A stretch of DNA of 64,000 bases from Escherichia coli (GCF_030384885.1 NZ_CP128613.1); one strand, 5' to 3'; shown: positions 11,191 to 21,991, numbered from the stretch's first letter. The notes: generated from the letters alone by a model not told the origin. Numbers and translations: made by a program.

Positions 11191-12345
11191 TTACTTCAGA
11201 CCGGCAGCATCGCGCAGCAGCTGCGCTTTGTCGGTTTTTTCCCACGGGAAATGTTCACGACCAAAGTGACCGTATGCTGCGGTTTCTTTGTAGATCGGGT
11301 GCAGCAGATCCAGCATCTGAATCAGACCGTATGGACGCAGGTCAAAGAACTCACGTACCAGCAGAGTCAGTTGTTCAGAAGGCACTTTCTCGGTACCGAA
11401 AGTTTCCACCATGATGGAGGTCGGTTCAGCCACGCCGATTGCGTAGGAAACCTGAATTTCACAACGATCGGCCAGGCCAGCTGCAACGATGTTTTTCGCG
11501 ACATAACGTGCTGCGTACGCTGCGGAACGGTCCACTTTTGATGGATCTTTACCAGAGAATGCACCGCCACCGTGACGTGCCATGCCGCCGTAGGTATCAA
11601 CGATAATTTTACGACCAGTCAGACCGCAGTCACCCATCGGGCCGCCAATAACAAAACGTCCGGTCGGGTTGATGAAGAACTTGGTTGCGGAAGTCAGCCA
11701 TTCTGCGGGCAGAATCGGCTTGATGATCTCTTCCATTACCGCTTCTTGCAGCGATTTCTGGTCGATCTCTTCAGAGTGCTGAGTGGAAAGTACTACAGCA
11801 TCAATGCCAACGATTTTGCCGTCGTCATACTGGAAAGTCACCTGGCTTTTCGCGTCCGGGCGCAGCCACGGCAGAGTGCCGTTTTTACGTACTTCAGCCT
11901 GACGCTGAACCAGACGGTGTGCATAGGTGATAGGCGCTGGCATCAGCACGTCGGTTTCATTGGTTGCGTAGCCAAACATCAGACCCTGGTCGCCCGCGCC
12001 CTGTTCCAGCGGATCGGCACGGTCGACGCCCTGGTTGATATCAGGGGACTGTTTACCGATAGCGCTCAGGACCGCACAGGAGTTAGCGTCAAAGCCCATG
12101 TCGGAATGTACATAGCCAATTTCGCGAACGGTGTTACGGGTGATCTCTTCGATGTCTACCCAGGCGCTGGTGGTGATTTCACCGCCAACTAAAACCATGC
12201 CGGTTTTTACGTAGGTTTCGCAAGCAACACGTGCTTTCGGATCCTGTTCGAGGATCGCGTCTAAAACGGCATCAGAGATTTGGTCAGCAATTTTGTCAGG
12301 ATGCCCTTCAGAGACGGACTCGGACGTAAAAAGGTGTTTTGCCAT
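11191..12345 (-). CDS. metK: S-adenosylmethionine synthetase
   Basis: 384 aa from [22 protein letters not shown]; conserved GGGAFSGKD motif. Confidence 0.95.
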
Positions 12346-12385
12346 ATTTAATATCACCTAAAGAGAATTTGGTTAGCTCAAACTG

Positions 12386-12652
12386 TTGTGTGGATTTTCT
12401 GTGGTAGCGGATCCTACCACGACTCTGCAGGTTAAAAACACTGGCAGTCTGAGTGTTAATCGGTATGGATGGATTAACATCTGGATGGCTATTTTAGGTC
12501 AGTTCTTCACCCAATTTCCACTTTTTTTTGAATCGTGTCTCATTCTGTTAAAAACGTGGCTGGAAATTTTTCCTGACAATGCTGGCATTCTGCGTATTTA
12601 TCTTTTGCAATTTTCTGCCATTGTGGGGTATAAAACGCGGCGCGCGGCTTAA
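12386..12652 (+). CDS. Small hypothetical ORF in the metK-speA intergenic region (yqgD-like; doubtful)
   Basis: 88-aa ORF without recognisable domain; position corresponds to a small K-12 ORF annotated here. Confidence 0.2.
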
Positions 12653-12864
12653 ATAAAAAGCACACGACGTTTCTTTCGTGTTGCCACTTCCAGCCGGGTT
12701 GAAATCAGAGTTTTGGCTTGTGGGTTCGTCTTAACAGGCGGCCGTGGAGGTGATACGAAATAATGAACCGTTGTCTGCTGCTTAACCTGTCTCACCGTTC
12801 TGGTGAAGATTCGTTCCCCGCACTCTGCATCTCTGCTTTGCATACCTGCCGATGTTATACCCAT
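12649..12864 (-). CDS. Small hypothetical ORF (yqgC-like; doubtful)
   Basis: 71-aa ORF on the opposite strand of the speA leader; length matches a small K-12 ORF annotated here. Confidence 0.2.
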
Positions 12865-12999
12865 CTCGGCGCTTCTCAGGATTCAAGAGCTGGTTACAGT
12901 TACTGAGGACTGAACAAGGGCGCTCTTGTAAAAACAAGAGTTTTCTCGTGGTTTCGCCGAACTGTCACACTTACGTTCGGTTATGTGTTTAATAATGTT

Positions 13000-13131
13000 A
13001 TGAAAAAGAAACCGGTTGCGCAGTCGGAGCGTCAGCATACTTTGCTGGAAAATCCGTGTGCTTATGGGTTGTTATCGCAGTCCCAGGCTGCGATAGTCGT
13101 TAACTGTTTTACACTTAATAAAATAATTTGA
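13000..13131 (+). CDS. yqgB: 43-aa small protein YqgB in the speA leader
   Basis: ATG at 13000, 43 codons [43 protein letters not shown], stop 13129-13131 just upstream of the speA start; below the size cut-off of the ORF track. Confidence 0.7.
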   Translation: MKKKPVAQSERQHTLLENPCAYGLLSQSQAAIVVNCFTLNKII

Positions 13132-13139
13132 GGTTCGCT

Positions 13140-15116
13140 ATGTCTGACGACATGTCTATGGGTTTGCCTTCGTCAGCGGGCGAACACGGTGTACTACGCT
13201 CCATGCAGGAGGTTGCAATGAGCTCCCAGGAAGCCAGCAAGATGCTGCGTACTTACAATATTGCCTGGTGGGGCAATAACTATTATGACGTTAACGAGCT
13301 GGGTCACATTAGCGTGTGCCCGGACCCGGACGTCCCGGAAGCTCGCGTCGATCTCGCGCAGTTAGTGAAAACTCGTGAAGCACAGGGTCAGCGTCTGCCT
13401 GCACTGTTCTGTTTCCCACAGATCCTGCAGCACCGTTTGCGTTCCATTAACGCCGCGTTCAAACGTGCGCGGGAATCCTACGGCTATAACGGCGATTACT
13501 TCCTCGTTTATCCGATCAAAGTTAACCAGCACCGCCGCGTGATTGAATCCCTGATTCATTCGGGCGAACCGCTGGGCCTGGAAGCCGGTTCCAAAGCTGA
13601 GTTGATGGCGGTACTGGCGCATGCTGGCATGACCCGTAGCGTCATCGTCTGCAATGGTTATAAAGACCGAGAATATATCCGCCTGGCATTAATTGGCGAG
13701 AAGATGGGCCATAAGGTCTATCTGGTCATTGAGAAGATGTCAGAAATCGCCATTGTGCTGGATGAAGCAGAACGTCTGAATGTCGTTCCTCGTCTGGGCG
13801 TGCGCGCGCGTCTGGCGTCTCAAGGTTCTGGCAAATGGCAGTCTTCTGGCGGGGAAAAATCGAAGTTCGGCCTGGCGGCGACTCAGGTACTGCAACTGGT
13901 TGAAACCCTGCGTGAAGCCGGACGTCTCGACAGCCTGCAACTGCTGCACTTCCACCTCGGTTCGCAGATGGCGAATATTCGCGATATCGCCACGGGCGTT
14001 CGTGAATCCGCGCGTTTCTATGTGGAACTGCACAAACTGGGCGTCAATATTCAGTGCTTCGACGTCGGCGGCGGTCTGGGCGTGGACTATGAAGGCACCC
14101 GTTCGCAGTCTGACTGCTCCGTAAACTACGGCCTCAATGAATACGCCAACAACATCATCTGGGCGATTGGTGATGCGTGTGAAGAAAATGGTCTGCCACA
14201 TCCGACGGTAATCACCGAATCGGGTCGTGCGGTGACTGCGCATCACACCGTGCTGGTGTCGAATATCATCGGCGTGGAACGTAACGAATACACGGTGCCG
14301 ACCGCGCCAGCAGAAGACGCACCGCGCGCGCTGCAAAGCATGTGGGAAACCTGGCAGGAGATGCACGAACCGGGAACTCGCCGTTCTCTGCGTGAATGGT
14401 TACACGACAGCCAGATGGATCTGCACGACATTCATATCGGCTATTCTTCGGGCACTTACAACCTGCAAGAACGCGCGTGGGCTGAGCAGCTTTATCTGAG
14501 CATGTGTCACGAAGTGCAAAAGCAGCTGGATCCGCAAAACCGCGCACATCGCCCGATTATCGACGAATTGCAGGAACGTATGGCGGACAAAATGTACGTC
14601 AACTTCTCGCTGTTCCAGTCGATGCCGGACGCATGGGGGATCGACCAGTTGTTCCCGGTATTGCCGCTGGAAGGGCTGAATCAAGTTCCGGAGCGACGCG
14701 CCGTGCTGCTGGATATTACCTGTGACTCTGACGGTGCCATCGACCACTATATCGATGGTGATGGTATTGCCACGACAATGCCTATGCCGGAGTACGATCC
14801 AGAGAATCCGCCGATGCTCGGTTTCTTTATGGTCGGCGCGTATCAGGAGATCCTCGGCAACATGCACAACCTGTTTGGTGATACCGAAGCGGTTGATGTG
14901 TTCGTCTTCCCTGACGGCAGCGTAGAAGTGGAACTGTCTGACGAAGGCGATACCGTGGCGGACATGCTGCAATATGTACAGCTCGATCCGAAAACGCTGT
15001 TAACCCAGTTCCGTGATCAAGTGAAGAAAACCGATCTTGATGCTGAACTGCAACAACAGTTCCTGGAAGAGTTCGAGGCAGGTTTGTACGGTTATACCTA
15101 TCTTGAAGATGAATAA
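13140..15116 (+). CDS. speA: Biosynthetic arginine decarboxylase
   Basis: 658 aa from [17 protein letters not shown]; PLP-dependent decarboxylase; track ORF begins 12 nt earlier at a TTG. Confidence 0.95.
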   Translation: MSDDMSMGLPSSAGEHGVLRSMQEVAMSSQEASKMLRTYNIAWWGNNYYDVNELGHISVCPDPDVPEARVDLAQLVKTREAQGQRLPALFCFPQILQHRLRSINAAFKRARESYGYNGDYFLVYPIKVNQHRRVIESLIHSGEPLGLEAGSKAELMAVLAHAGMTRSVIVCNGYKDREYIRLALIGEKMGHKVYLVIEKMSEIAIVLDEAERLNVVPRLGVRARLASQGSGKWQSSGGEKSKFGLAATQVLQLVETLREAGRLDSLQLLHFHLGSQMANIRDIATGVRESARFYVELHKLGVNIQCFDVGGGLGVDYEGTRSQSDCSVNYGLNEYANNIIWAIGDACEENGLPHPTVITESGRAVTAHHTVLVSNIIGVERNEYTVPTAPAEDAPRALQSMWETWQEMHEPGTRRSLREWLHDSQMDLHDIHIGYSSGTYNLQERAWAEQLYLSMCHEVQKQLDPQNRAHRPIIDELQERMADKMYVNFSLFQSMPDAWGIDQLFPVLPLEGLNQVPERRAVLLDITCDSDGAIDHYIDGDGIATTMPMPEYDPENPPMLGFFMVGAYQEILGNMHNLFGDTEAVDVFVFPDGSVEVELSDEGDTVADMLQYVQLDPKTLLTQFRDQVKKTDLDAELQQQFLEEFEAGLYGYTYLEDE

Positions 15117-15135
15117 TTAAGATTATTCCGCTATC

Positions 15136-15175
15136 GGGTCGATTTATTTACGTAAATCGGCCCGCTTTCTTTTTA
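15136..15175 (+). terminator. Rho-independent terminator after speA
   Basis: 11-bp stem gggtcgattta/taaatcggccc with 6-nt loop, followed by a T-rich tract. Confidence 0.6.
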
Positions 15176-15261
15176 TATATTCTTAAAAATAATTTAGCTG
15201 CTTTCCTTATTGAATAATCTCCCTACAATCGCTGCATTAATTAAATGCAGAGGGAACGGTT

Positions 15262-15993
15262 ATGAAAAAATGGAAAGTACGTAGCGCGTTGGTGGCATTA
15301 GTCGTGCTGCTGGCCGGTTGTTCCAGTAATGCGCAGTATAATAGCAGTGCATCGGGCAATGTCGGCACCGCCTGGGGTGGGGATGTGCACTCAACGGTTC
15401 AGGGCGTATCTGCTGAACGAGCCTGGCGCGATCCGGCAGAGATGATCGTTATTAGTTATTCGACTAATGTTCCTTCCGGCTACGACCGCGTTTATAGCAT
15501 TCGTATTAACGAACTTGAATATGCTATTCGCGATGGTAATTTTAATTCTCTACCTATTACGCGGGTTTATAATTCATCAGGTAAAGAACTACGCTATATA
15601 GTCCATGCCAGAGTAGGAATGAATTACCAATTATATGTCCGCAATTACAGTCGTAACACCAACTACGAGATCGTTGCGACAGTTGATGGCCTGGATGTTC
15701 TCAATGGTAAACAAGGTTCCCTGAATAACAACGGCTATATTGTGAATGCCGGGGATTCGTTGGCGATTAAAGGATTCCGCAAAGATAAACATACCGAAGC
15801 GGCTTTTCAGTTCGCCAACGTTGCTGATTCCTACGCAGCCAATTCGGCGCAAGGCGATGTGCGTAATATCGGTGTAATCGGCTTTGCCGCCTTTGAATTA
15901 CAAGGCCCGGCGCAAAACGCGCTGCCACCGTGCTCTGGACAAGCGTTTCCGGCGGACAACAATGGCTATGCGCCGCCACCGTGTCGGAAATAG
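15262..15993 (+). CDS. Predicted lipoprotein of unknown function (accessory gene between speA and speB)
   Basis: 243-aa ORF; signal peptide plus lipobox LLAGC-SS; Asn/Tyr/Ser-rich mature part; own terminator downstream; AT-richer than neighbours. Confidence 0.7.
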   Translation: MKKWKVRSALVALVVLLAGCSSNAQYNSSASGNVGTAWGGDVHSTVQGVSAERAWRDPAEMIVISYSTNVPSGYDRVYSIRINELEYAIRDGNFNSLPITRVYNSSGKELRYIVHARVGMNYQLYVRNYSRNTNYEIVATVDGLDVLNGKQGSLNNNGYIVNAGDSLAIKGFRKDKHTEAAFQFANVADSYAANSAQGDVRNIGVIGFAAFELQGPAQNALPPCSGQAFPADNNGYAPPPCRK

Positions 15994-16058
15994 TAACCTC
16001 GCTTGATGCCTCGCCCATTTAAGGCGATAATTAGCACAAAATTGTGTTTCGCAAATCC

Positions 16059-16101
16059 AACCCTTCCTCGTCGGGCCTAACGACGCGGAAGGGTTTTTTT
16101 A
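16059..16101 (+). terminator. Rho-independent terminator after the lipoprotein gene
   Basis: cccttcc...ggaaggg stem-loop followed by ttttttt. Confidence 0.6.
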
Positions 16102-16128
16102 TATCGACTTTGTAATAGGAGTCCATCC

Positions 16129-17049
16129 ATGAGCACCTTAGGTCATCAATACGATAACTCACTGGTTTCCAACGCCTTTGGTTTTTTACGCCTGCCGATG
16201 AACTTCCAGCCGTACGACAGCGACGCCGACTGGGTGATTACCGGCGTGCCGTTCGATATGGCGACGTCAGGCCGTGCGGGTGGACGCCACGGTCCGGCGG
16301 CGATCCGTCAGGTTTCGACGAATCTGGCCTGGGAACACAACCGCTTCCCGTGGAATTTCGACATGCGCGAGCGTCTGAACGTGGTGGACTGCGGCGATCT
16401 GGTGTATGCCTTCGGCGATGCTCGTGAGATGAGCGAGAAGCTGCAGGCGCATGCCGAAAAGCTGCTGGCTGCCGGTAAGCGTATGCTCTCCTTCGGTGGT
16501 GACCACTTTGTTACCCTGCCGCTGCTGCGTGCTCATGCGAAGCATTTCGGCAAAATGGCGCTGGTACACTTTGACGCCCACACCGATACCTATGCGAACG
16601 GTTGTGAATTTGACCACGGCACTATGTTCTATACCGCGCCGAAAGAAGGTCTGATCGACCCGAATCACTCCGTACAGATTGGTATTCGTACCGAGTTTGA
16701 TAAAGACAACGGCTTTACCGTACTGGACGCCTGCCAGGTGAACGATCGCAGCGTGGATGACGTTATCGCCCAGGTGAAACAGATTGTAGGTGATATGCCA
16801 GTTTACCTGACCTTTGATATCGACTGCCTGGATCCTGCTTTCGCGCCGGGCACCGGTACGCCGGTGATCGGCGGCCTGACCTCCGATCGCGCCATTAAAC
16901 TGGTACGTGGCCTGAAAGATCTCAACATCGTTGGGATGGACGTAGTGGAAGTGGCTCCGGCATACGATCAGTCGGAAATCACCGCTCTGGCAGCAGCGAC
17001 GCTGGCGCTGGAGATGCTGTATATTCAGGCGGCGAAAAAGGGCGAGTAA
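16129..17049 (+). CDS. speB: Agmatinase (agmatine ureohydrolase)
   Basis: 306-aa [26 protein letters not shown]; arginase-family GGDH/DAHTD motifs. Confidence 0.95.
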   Translation: MSTLGHQYDNSLVSNAFGFLRLPMNFQPYDSDADWVITGVPFDMATSGRAGGRHGPAAIRQVSTNLAWEHNRFPWNFDMRERLNVVDCGDLVYAFGDAREMSEKLQAHAEKLLAAGKRMLSFGGDHFVTLPLLRAHAKHFGKMALVHFDAHTDTYANGCEFDHGTMFYTAPKEGLIDPNHSVQIGIRTEFDKDNGFTVLDACQVNDRSVDDVIAQVKQIVGDMPVYLTFDIDCLDPAFAPGTGTPVIGGLTSDRAIKLVRGLKDLNIVGMDVVEVAPAYDQSEITALAAATLALEMLYIQAAKKGE

Positions 17050-17065
17050 GCGCCAGATGCGATGT

Positions 17066-17173
17066 CGCCCGTAGGCCGGATAAGATGCGTCAGCATCGCA
17101 TCCGGCATTGCGGACAGGGTAACAAATGTGCCATTCATGTCAGATGCGGCGTGAACGCCTTATCTGACCTACG
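17066..17173. repeat. BIME (REP units) between speB and loiP
   Basis: gtaggccggataagatgcgtcagcatcgcatccggca and cagatgcggcgtgaacgccttatctgacctacg. Confidence 0.6.
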
Positions 17174-17190
17174 TTCGGCACCACCAGGCT

Positions 17191-17949
17191 TTACTTAACC
17201 CCATCCGCGCTCATACGATCGCGAATATGCTGGGCGCGTTCGGCGGATGCCGGATGGTCGTCAAACATTGAGCTTTGGCGGCCTTCTTCCAGTTTCGCCA
17301 GTTTTTCAAAGCTGGTGGCAAGACCAGCCGGGCTGATGCCGCGTTGGCGCAGAAGATCGTAAGAATAATCATCGGCTTCTGCTTCCTGGCGCTGGGAGAA
17401 TTGCGAATTGACTAATTTCTCGCCCAAGTCACCAAGTTGCGATTGCGATAAACTGCCGACAATCCCGCCCGCAGAGGCCGCAGCTACTCGCACGGCATTT
17501 GTACCAAGTGCCACCTGCATCCCTTTCTTCACATGGCCTAACGCCACGTGCCCCATTTCGTGACCGATCACCGCTTCGACTTCGTTATCCGTCATCATAT
17601 CCATCAGCCCGCTATAGACGCGGATACAGCCGTTAGCCATTGCAAAGGCGTTCACATCCTTCGCCATATACACTTTGTAATTCACCGGCTGACCGTTGAT
17701 ATTGTTGCCTAGCGCATTGGCAATAGTTGTCAGACGTTTAGCGTATTCGCTATTGGCTGGCGCAATTGTCGCCTTGCTGTCCATCTCCTGACATGCCTGA
17801 TCGCTCAGGGCTTTCACCTGCGCATCACTCAAACTGTAAGCCTGAAAAGCTTCCGCTCCTGATGAGAGCAGTCCGTTGGAGTCCATATTCTGGCAACCGG
17901 TCAGTACCGTTGCCACGCTCATTGCTACCAATAAGGCGCGAATTTTCAT
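17191..17949 (-). CDS. loiP: M48-family metalloprotease lipoprotein LoiP (YggG)
   Basis: 252 aa from internal Met MKIRALLVAMSVATVLTGC (lipobox) of a 325-aa ORF; HEMGH zinc motif. Confidence 0.85.
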   Translation of the reverse strand: MKIRALLVAMSVATVLTGCQNMDSNGLLSSGAEAFQAYSLSDAQVKALSDQACQEMDSKATIAPANSEYAKRLTTIANALGNNINGQPVNYKVYMAKDVNAFAMANGCIRVYSGLMDMMTDNEVEAVIGHEMGHVALGHVKKGMQVALGTNAVRVAAASAGGIVGSLSQSQLGDLGEKLVNSQFSQRQEAEADDYSYDLLRQRGISPAGLATSFEKLAKLEEGRQSSMFDDHPASAERAQHIRDRMSADGVK

Positions 17950-18226
17950 GTTTTCTCTTCCGCACAAGGTCAGGATTATTCTAAAAATGCACCGTTCGCA
18001 GGTGAATCGATGCTCAGTCTCAGTATAAGGAAAAGCGCAGCGGACGGGCGAGCAGATTGCGCAACATGCGAGCATGATCCAGAGATTTCTGAAGCAGCAA
18101 AAGGATGTTCCATGTACATGACGCGCGGCTTGCGGTAAATTGTTGGCAAATTTTCCGGCGTAGCCCAAAACGCGCTGTCGTCAAGTCGTTAAGGGCGTGC
18201 CCTTCATCATCCGATCTGGAGTCAAA

Positions 18227-20218
18227 ATGTCCTCACGTAAAGAGCTTGCCAATGCTATTCGTGCGCTGAGCATGGACGCAGTACAGAAAGCCAAATCCGG
18301 TCACCCGGGTGCCCCTATGGGTATGGCTGACATTGCCGAAGTCCTGTGGCGTGATTTCCTGAAACACAACCCGCAGAATCCGTCCTGGGCTGACCGTGAC
18401 CGCTTCGTGCTGTCCAACGGCCACGGCTCCATGCTGATCTACAGCCTGCTGCACCTCACCGGTTACGATCTGCCGATGGAAGAACTGAAAAACTTCCGTC
18501 AACTGCATTCCAAAACTCCGGGCCACCCGGAAGTGGGTTACACCGCTGGTGTGGAAACCACTACAGGTCCGCTGGGTCAGGGTATTGCCAATGCAGTCGG
18601 TATGGCGATTGCAGAAAAAACGCTGGCGGCACAGTTTAACCGTCCGGGCCACGACATCGTCGACCACTACACCTACGCCTTCATGGGCGACGGCTGCATG
18701 ATGGAAGGCATCTCCCATGAAGTTTGCTCTCTGGCGGGTACGCTGAAGCTGGGTAAACTGATTGCGTTCTACGATGACAACGGTATCTCTATCGATGGTC
18801 ACGTTGAAGGCTGGTTTACTGACGACACCGCAATGCGTTTCGAAGCTTACGGCTGGCACGTTATTCGCGGCATCGACGGTCATGACGCGGCATCCATCAA
18901 ACGCGCAGTAGAAGAAGCGCGCGCAGTGACTGACAAACCGTCCCTGCTGATGTGCAAAACCATCATCGGTTTCGGTTCACCGAACAAAGCCGGTACGCAC
19001 GACTCCCACGGTGCGCCGCTGGGCGACGCTGAAATTGCCCTGACCCGCGAACAGCTGGGCTGGAAATATGCACCGTTCGAAATCCCGTCTGAAATCTATG
19101 CTCAGTGGGATGCGAAAGAAGCAGGCCAGGCGAAAGAATCCGCATGGAACGAGAAATTCGCTGCTTACGCCAAAGCTTATCCGCAGGAAGCCGCTGAATT
19201 TACCCGCCGTATGAAAGGCGAAATGCCGTCTGACTTCGATGCCAAAGCGAAAGAATTCATCGCTAAACTGCAGGCTAATCCGGCGAAAATCGCCAGCCGT
19301 AAAGCGTCTCAGAATGCGATTGAAGCGTTCGGCCCGCTGTTGCCGGAATTCCTCGGCGGCTCTGCTGACCTGGCACCGTCTAACCTGACCCTGTGGTCTG
19401 GTTCTAAAGCAATCAACGAAGATGCTGCGGGTAACTACATCCACTATGGTGTTCGCGAGTTCGGTATGACCGCGATTGCTAACGGTATCTCCCTGCACGG
19501 TGGCTTCCTGCCGTACACCTCCACCTTCCTGATGTTCGTGGAATACGCACGTAACGCCGTACGTATGGCTGCGCTGATGAAACAGCGTCAGGTGATGGTT
19601 TACACCCACGACTCCATCGGTCTGGGCGAAGATGGCCCGACTCACCAGCCGGTAGAGCAGGTCGCTTCTCTGCGCGTGACCCCGAACATGTCTACATGGC
19701 GTCCGTGTGACCAGGTTGAATCCGCGGTCGCGTGGAAATACGGCGTTGAGCGTCAGGACGGCCCGACTGCGCTTATCCTCTCCCGTCAGAACCTGGCGCA
19801 GCAGGAACGTACTGAAGAGCAGCTGGCAAACATCGCGCGCGGTGGTTATGTGCTGAAAGACTGTGCCGGTCAGCCGGAACTGATCTTCATCGCTACCGGT
19901 TCTGAAGTTGAACTGGCGGTTGCTGCCTACGAAAAACTGACTGCTGAAGGCGTGAAAGCGCGCGTGGTTTCCATGCCGTCTACCGACGCATTCGACAAGC
20001 AGGATGCGGCTTACCGTGAGTCTGTACTGCCGAAAGCGGTTACTGCACGCGTTGCGGTGGAAGCTGGCATTGCTGACTACTGGTACAAGTATGTTGGCCT
20101 GAACGGTGCTATCGTCGGCATGACCACCTTCGGTGAATCTGCTCCGGCAGAGCTGCTGTTTGAAGAGTTCGGCTTCACCGTTGACAACGTTGTTGCGAAA
20201 GCAAAAGAACTGCTGTAA
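18227..20218 (+). CDS. tktA: Transketolase 1
   Basis: 663 aa from [28 protein letters not shown]; TPP-binding motifs. Confidence 0.95.
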   Translation: MSSRKELANAIRALSMDAVQKAKSGHPGAPMGMADIAEVLWRDFLKHNPQNPSWADRDRFVLSNGHGSMLIYSLLHLTGYDLPMEELKNFRQLHSKTPGHPEVGYTAGVETTTGPLGQGIANAVGMAIAEKTLAAQFNRPGHDIVDHYTYAFMGDGCMMEGISHEVCSLAGTLKLGKLIAFYDDNGISIDGHVEGWFTDDTAMRFEAYGWHVIRGIDGHDAASIKRAVEEARAVTDKPSLLMCKTIIGFGSPNKAGTHDSHGAPLGDAEIALTREQLGWKYAPFEIPSEIYAQWDAKEAGQAKESAWNEKFAAYAKAYPQEAAEFTRRMKGEMPSDFDAKAKEFIAKLQANPAKIASRKASQNAIEAFGPLLPEFLGGSADLAPSNLTLWSGSKAINEDAAGNYIHYGVREFGMTAIANGISLHGGFLPYTSTFLMFVEYARNAVRMAALMKQRQVMVYTHDSIGLGEDGPTHQPVEQVASLRVTPNMSTWRPCDQVESAVAWKYGVERQDGPTALILSRQNLAQQERTEEQLANIARGGYVLKDCAGQPELIFIATGSEVELAVAAYEKLTAEGVKARVVSMPSTDAFDKQDAAYRESVLPKAVTARVAVEAGIADYWYKYVGLNGAIVGMTTFGESAPAELLFEEFGFTVDNVVAKAKELL

Positions 20219-20240
20219 TCGGTAAGATGCTTTGTGAGAA

Positions 20241-20266
20241 GGGCCGCGAAAGCGGCCCTTTTTTTA
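20241..20266 (+). terminator. Rho-independent terminator of tktA in the convergent gap
   Basis: gggccgc-gaaa-gcggccc hairpin followed by ttttttt; T-run overlaps the stop of the convergent SPFH gene. Confidence 0.55.
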
Positions 20267-21172
20267 CTTAGTAGAGATAAACGGAACTGTACTGCCGGGG
20301 ATCATGGTATCGGGTAGCTTACCGTCCCAACGCTCAGCAGTGGTGAGGGCAACAAGTCCGGGATTATCCCGCAGAGCTTCACCGCGCAGGCGGATCGCTT
20401 CTGCTTCAGCCGCACTTTTTAAACGAATAGTTTCAGCCTCTGCCGCGCCTCTTACGCGAATAGTCTCAGCTTCTGCTTTGGCTGCCGCCAGTTTACTGTC
20501 TGCTTCTGCCTGGGCCTGAGTTACCGCTATTTGCGCCTGGATTTTCTCTGTTTCCAGATTTTGCTTACGTGTGGCAATGGCGACTTCTGCTTTCATTCGA
20601 TCTTCAATCGATTTTTCATAAGCGTCAGAAAAATCAATATTTTCAATCTGGACACCATCAATCACCACCGGGCCAACAACGGCTTTACGCATTGCATTTT
20701 GCAGATCCTGAACCAGTTTTGTACGATCCTGTACCGCGCTGATGGCGGTATATTGGCCGAAAACGTTCTCCAGTTGAGTTGGCAACTGACGGACAATCAG
20801 ACGATCTTTTAATGCTTCAATGGTGTTGTAGGTGGTATAAACCGCGCCTGCTTCTGAAGGTTTAATGTGGAAGCTGACTGATACTGTCATTTGTGCCGGT
20901 TGCTGGTCGCGGCTGTAGGCCTGTAATCCCTGATAAACCACAGCCTGATTACGCGTGGAAATTTTCTCTACGCTTTCCATAAAAGGGATCTTAAAACCCA
21001 GACCCGGCTCGGCAACTTTTACGATTTTTCCGTAGCGCAGCAAAATGCCGCGTTCACCTTCATTAACGGTGTAATACGAGAGAAATGGCAGCACAACCAC
21101 GGTAAGCACGCCAATGGCGATAGCAATAGATTTTTGTGGGCGAAATGAGGTTATTGAAACAGGTGCTTTCAT
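20264..21172 (-). CDS. SPFH/band-7 (prohibitin/HflC-like) membrane protein, standalone
   Basis: 302-aa ORF; N-terminal TM helix SIAIAIGVLTVVVLPFLSYY, SPFH core, C-terminal Ala/Glu-rich coiled coil with repeated AEAETIRxxG units; RBS aaggaag 9 nt upstream. Confidence 0.8.
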   Translation of the reverse strand: MKAPVSITSFRPQKSIAIAIGVLTVVVLPFLSYYTVNEGERGILLRYGKIVKVAEPGLGFKIPFMESVEKISTRNQAVVYQGLQAYSRDQQPAQMTVSVSFHIKPSEAGAVYTTYNTIEALKDRLIVRQLPTQLENVFGQYTAISAVQDRTKLVQDLQNAMRKAVVGPVVIDGVQIENIDFSDAYEKSIEDRMKAEVAIATRKQNLETEKIQAQIAVTQAQAEADSKLAAAKAEAETIRVRGAAEAETIRLKSAAEAEAIRLRGEALRDNPGLVALTTAERWDGKLPDTMIPGSTVPFISTK

Positions 21173-21547
21173 GAGAATCTTCCTTGAGTAAAGTGTGGGA
21201 ATATGTCACATGAGGTGAGGAGAAAACAGCCAACAGGTGAGAATTCAGAATCTATAAAGGGGGAGAGCGAAAAACATCGGCTAAAAAAGTATGTTTTCGA
21301 ACATTCAATAGATAAATAGAGATATGCATCACAAATACATAGGCAGATAAAACATTGGTTTTGTGATAAACATAGCAAACACAAACTTGACTTTATAAGT
21401 ATAAATTTCATGTTGTTGTTATTTAACATTTTATTATTTTGGTTCATGTTTTTTTTCTTCTCGCGTGCCCAATTGCTTTCATTAAATCGCACGAGTATTT
21501 TATTTTTACCGCCGGACGGTACCCTAAAAATAAAATAAGGATAATTT
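21173..21547. other. Strongly AT-rich 375-bp tract between the SPFH gene and cmtB
   Basis: Visibly far below the ~50% GC of flanking genes; long A/T runs; likely promoter region for both divergent units. Confidence 0.6.
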
Positions 21548-21991
21548 ATGCGGCTTATTGATTATTTTCCAGAATCATCAATCTCAGTTATACATTCAGC
21601 AAAAGATTGGCAGGAAGCTATCAATTTCTCGATGGCATCATTGCTGGATAAAAACTATATCAGCGAGAATTACATTCAGGCTATTAAAGATTCCACCATT
21701 AACAATGGCCCTTATTATATTCTCGCACCAAGCGTGGCAATGCCTCATGCGCGACCGGAATGTGGGGCGCTTAAAACCGGGATGTCTTTGACGTTACTTA
21801 AACAAGGCGTTTATTTTCCGGGGAATGACGAACCGATTAAATTACTTATCGGTCTTTCTGCTGCCGATGCCGATTCGCACATTGGCGCTATTCAGGCGTT
21901 AAGTGAATTGCTGTGCGAAGAAGAAATACTTGAACAACTCTTAACTGCAACATCAGAAAAACAATTAGCGGACATTATCAGCCGCGAATAA
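21548..21991 (+). CDS. cmtB: Mannitol-type PTS enzyme IIA component (cryptic cmt system)
   Basis: 147-aa ORF MRLIDYFPESSISVIHSAKDWQEA; PTS EIIA-2 fold with conserved His (AMPHARPE). Confidence 0.85.
   Translation: MRLIDYFPESSISVIHSAKDWQEAINFSMASLLDKNYISENYIQAIKDSTINNGPYYILAPSVAMPHARPECGALKTGMSLTLLKQGVYFPGNDEPIKLLIGLSAADADSHIGAIQALSELLCEEEILEQLLTATSEKQLADIISRE

Noticed and set aside
12346-12650. MetJ operator (met box) repeats upstream of metK
   Set aside because: Expected from established knowledge, but I could not identify convincing tandem AGACGTCT-like octamers by eye, so no site is annotated.
17191-18168. Long upstream extensions of loiP (325 aa), pepP (512 aa), ruvX (180 aa), gcvP (985 aa) and epd/pgk track ORFs
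   Set aside because: The extensions run through intergenic or promoter DNA and lack signal-peptide or domain logic; internal Met codons give products of the expected family length and, where checked, have RBS-like sequences.
21169-21492. 107-aa ORF upstream of the SPFH gene, overlapping its start as ATGA
   Set aside because: Lies entirely within the AT-rich tract; N-terminal half is Asn/Lys low-complexity and the remainder Cys/Phe/Leu-rich as expected from translating A/T-rich DNA; no recognisable domain. Probably non-coding, though the ATGA overlap keeps it a low-probability candidate.
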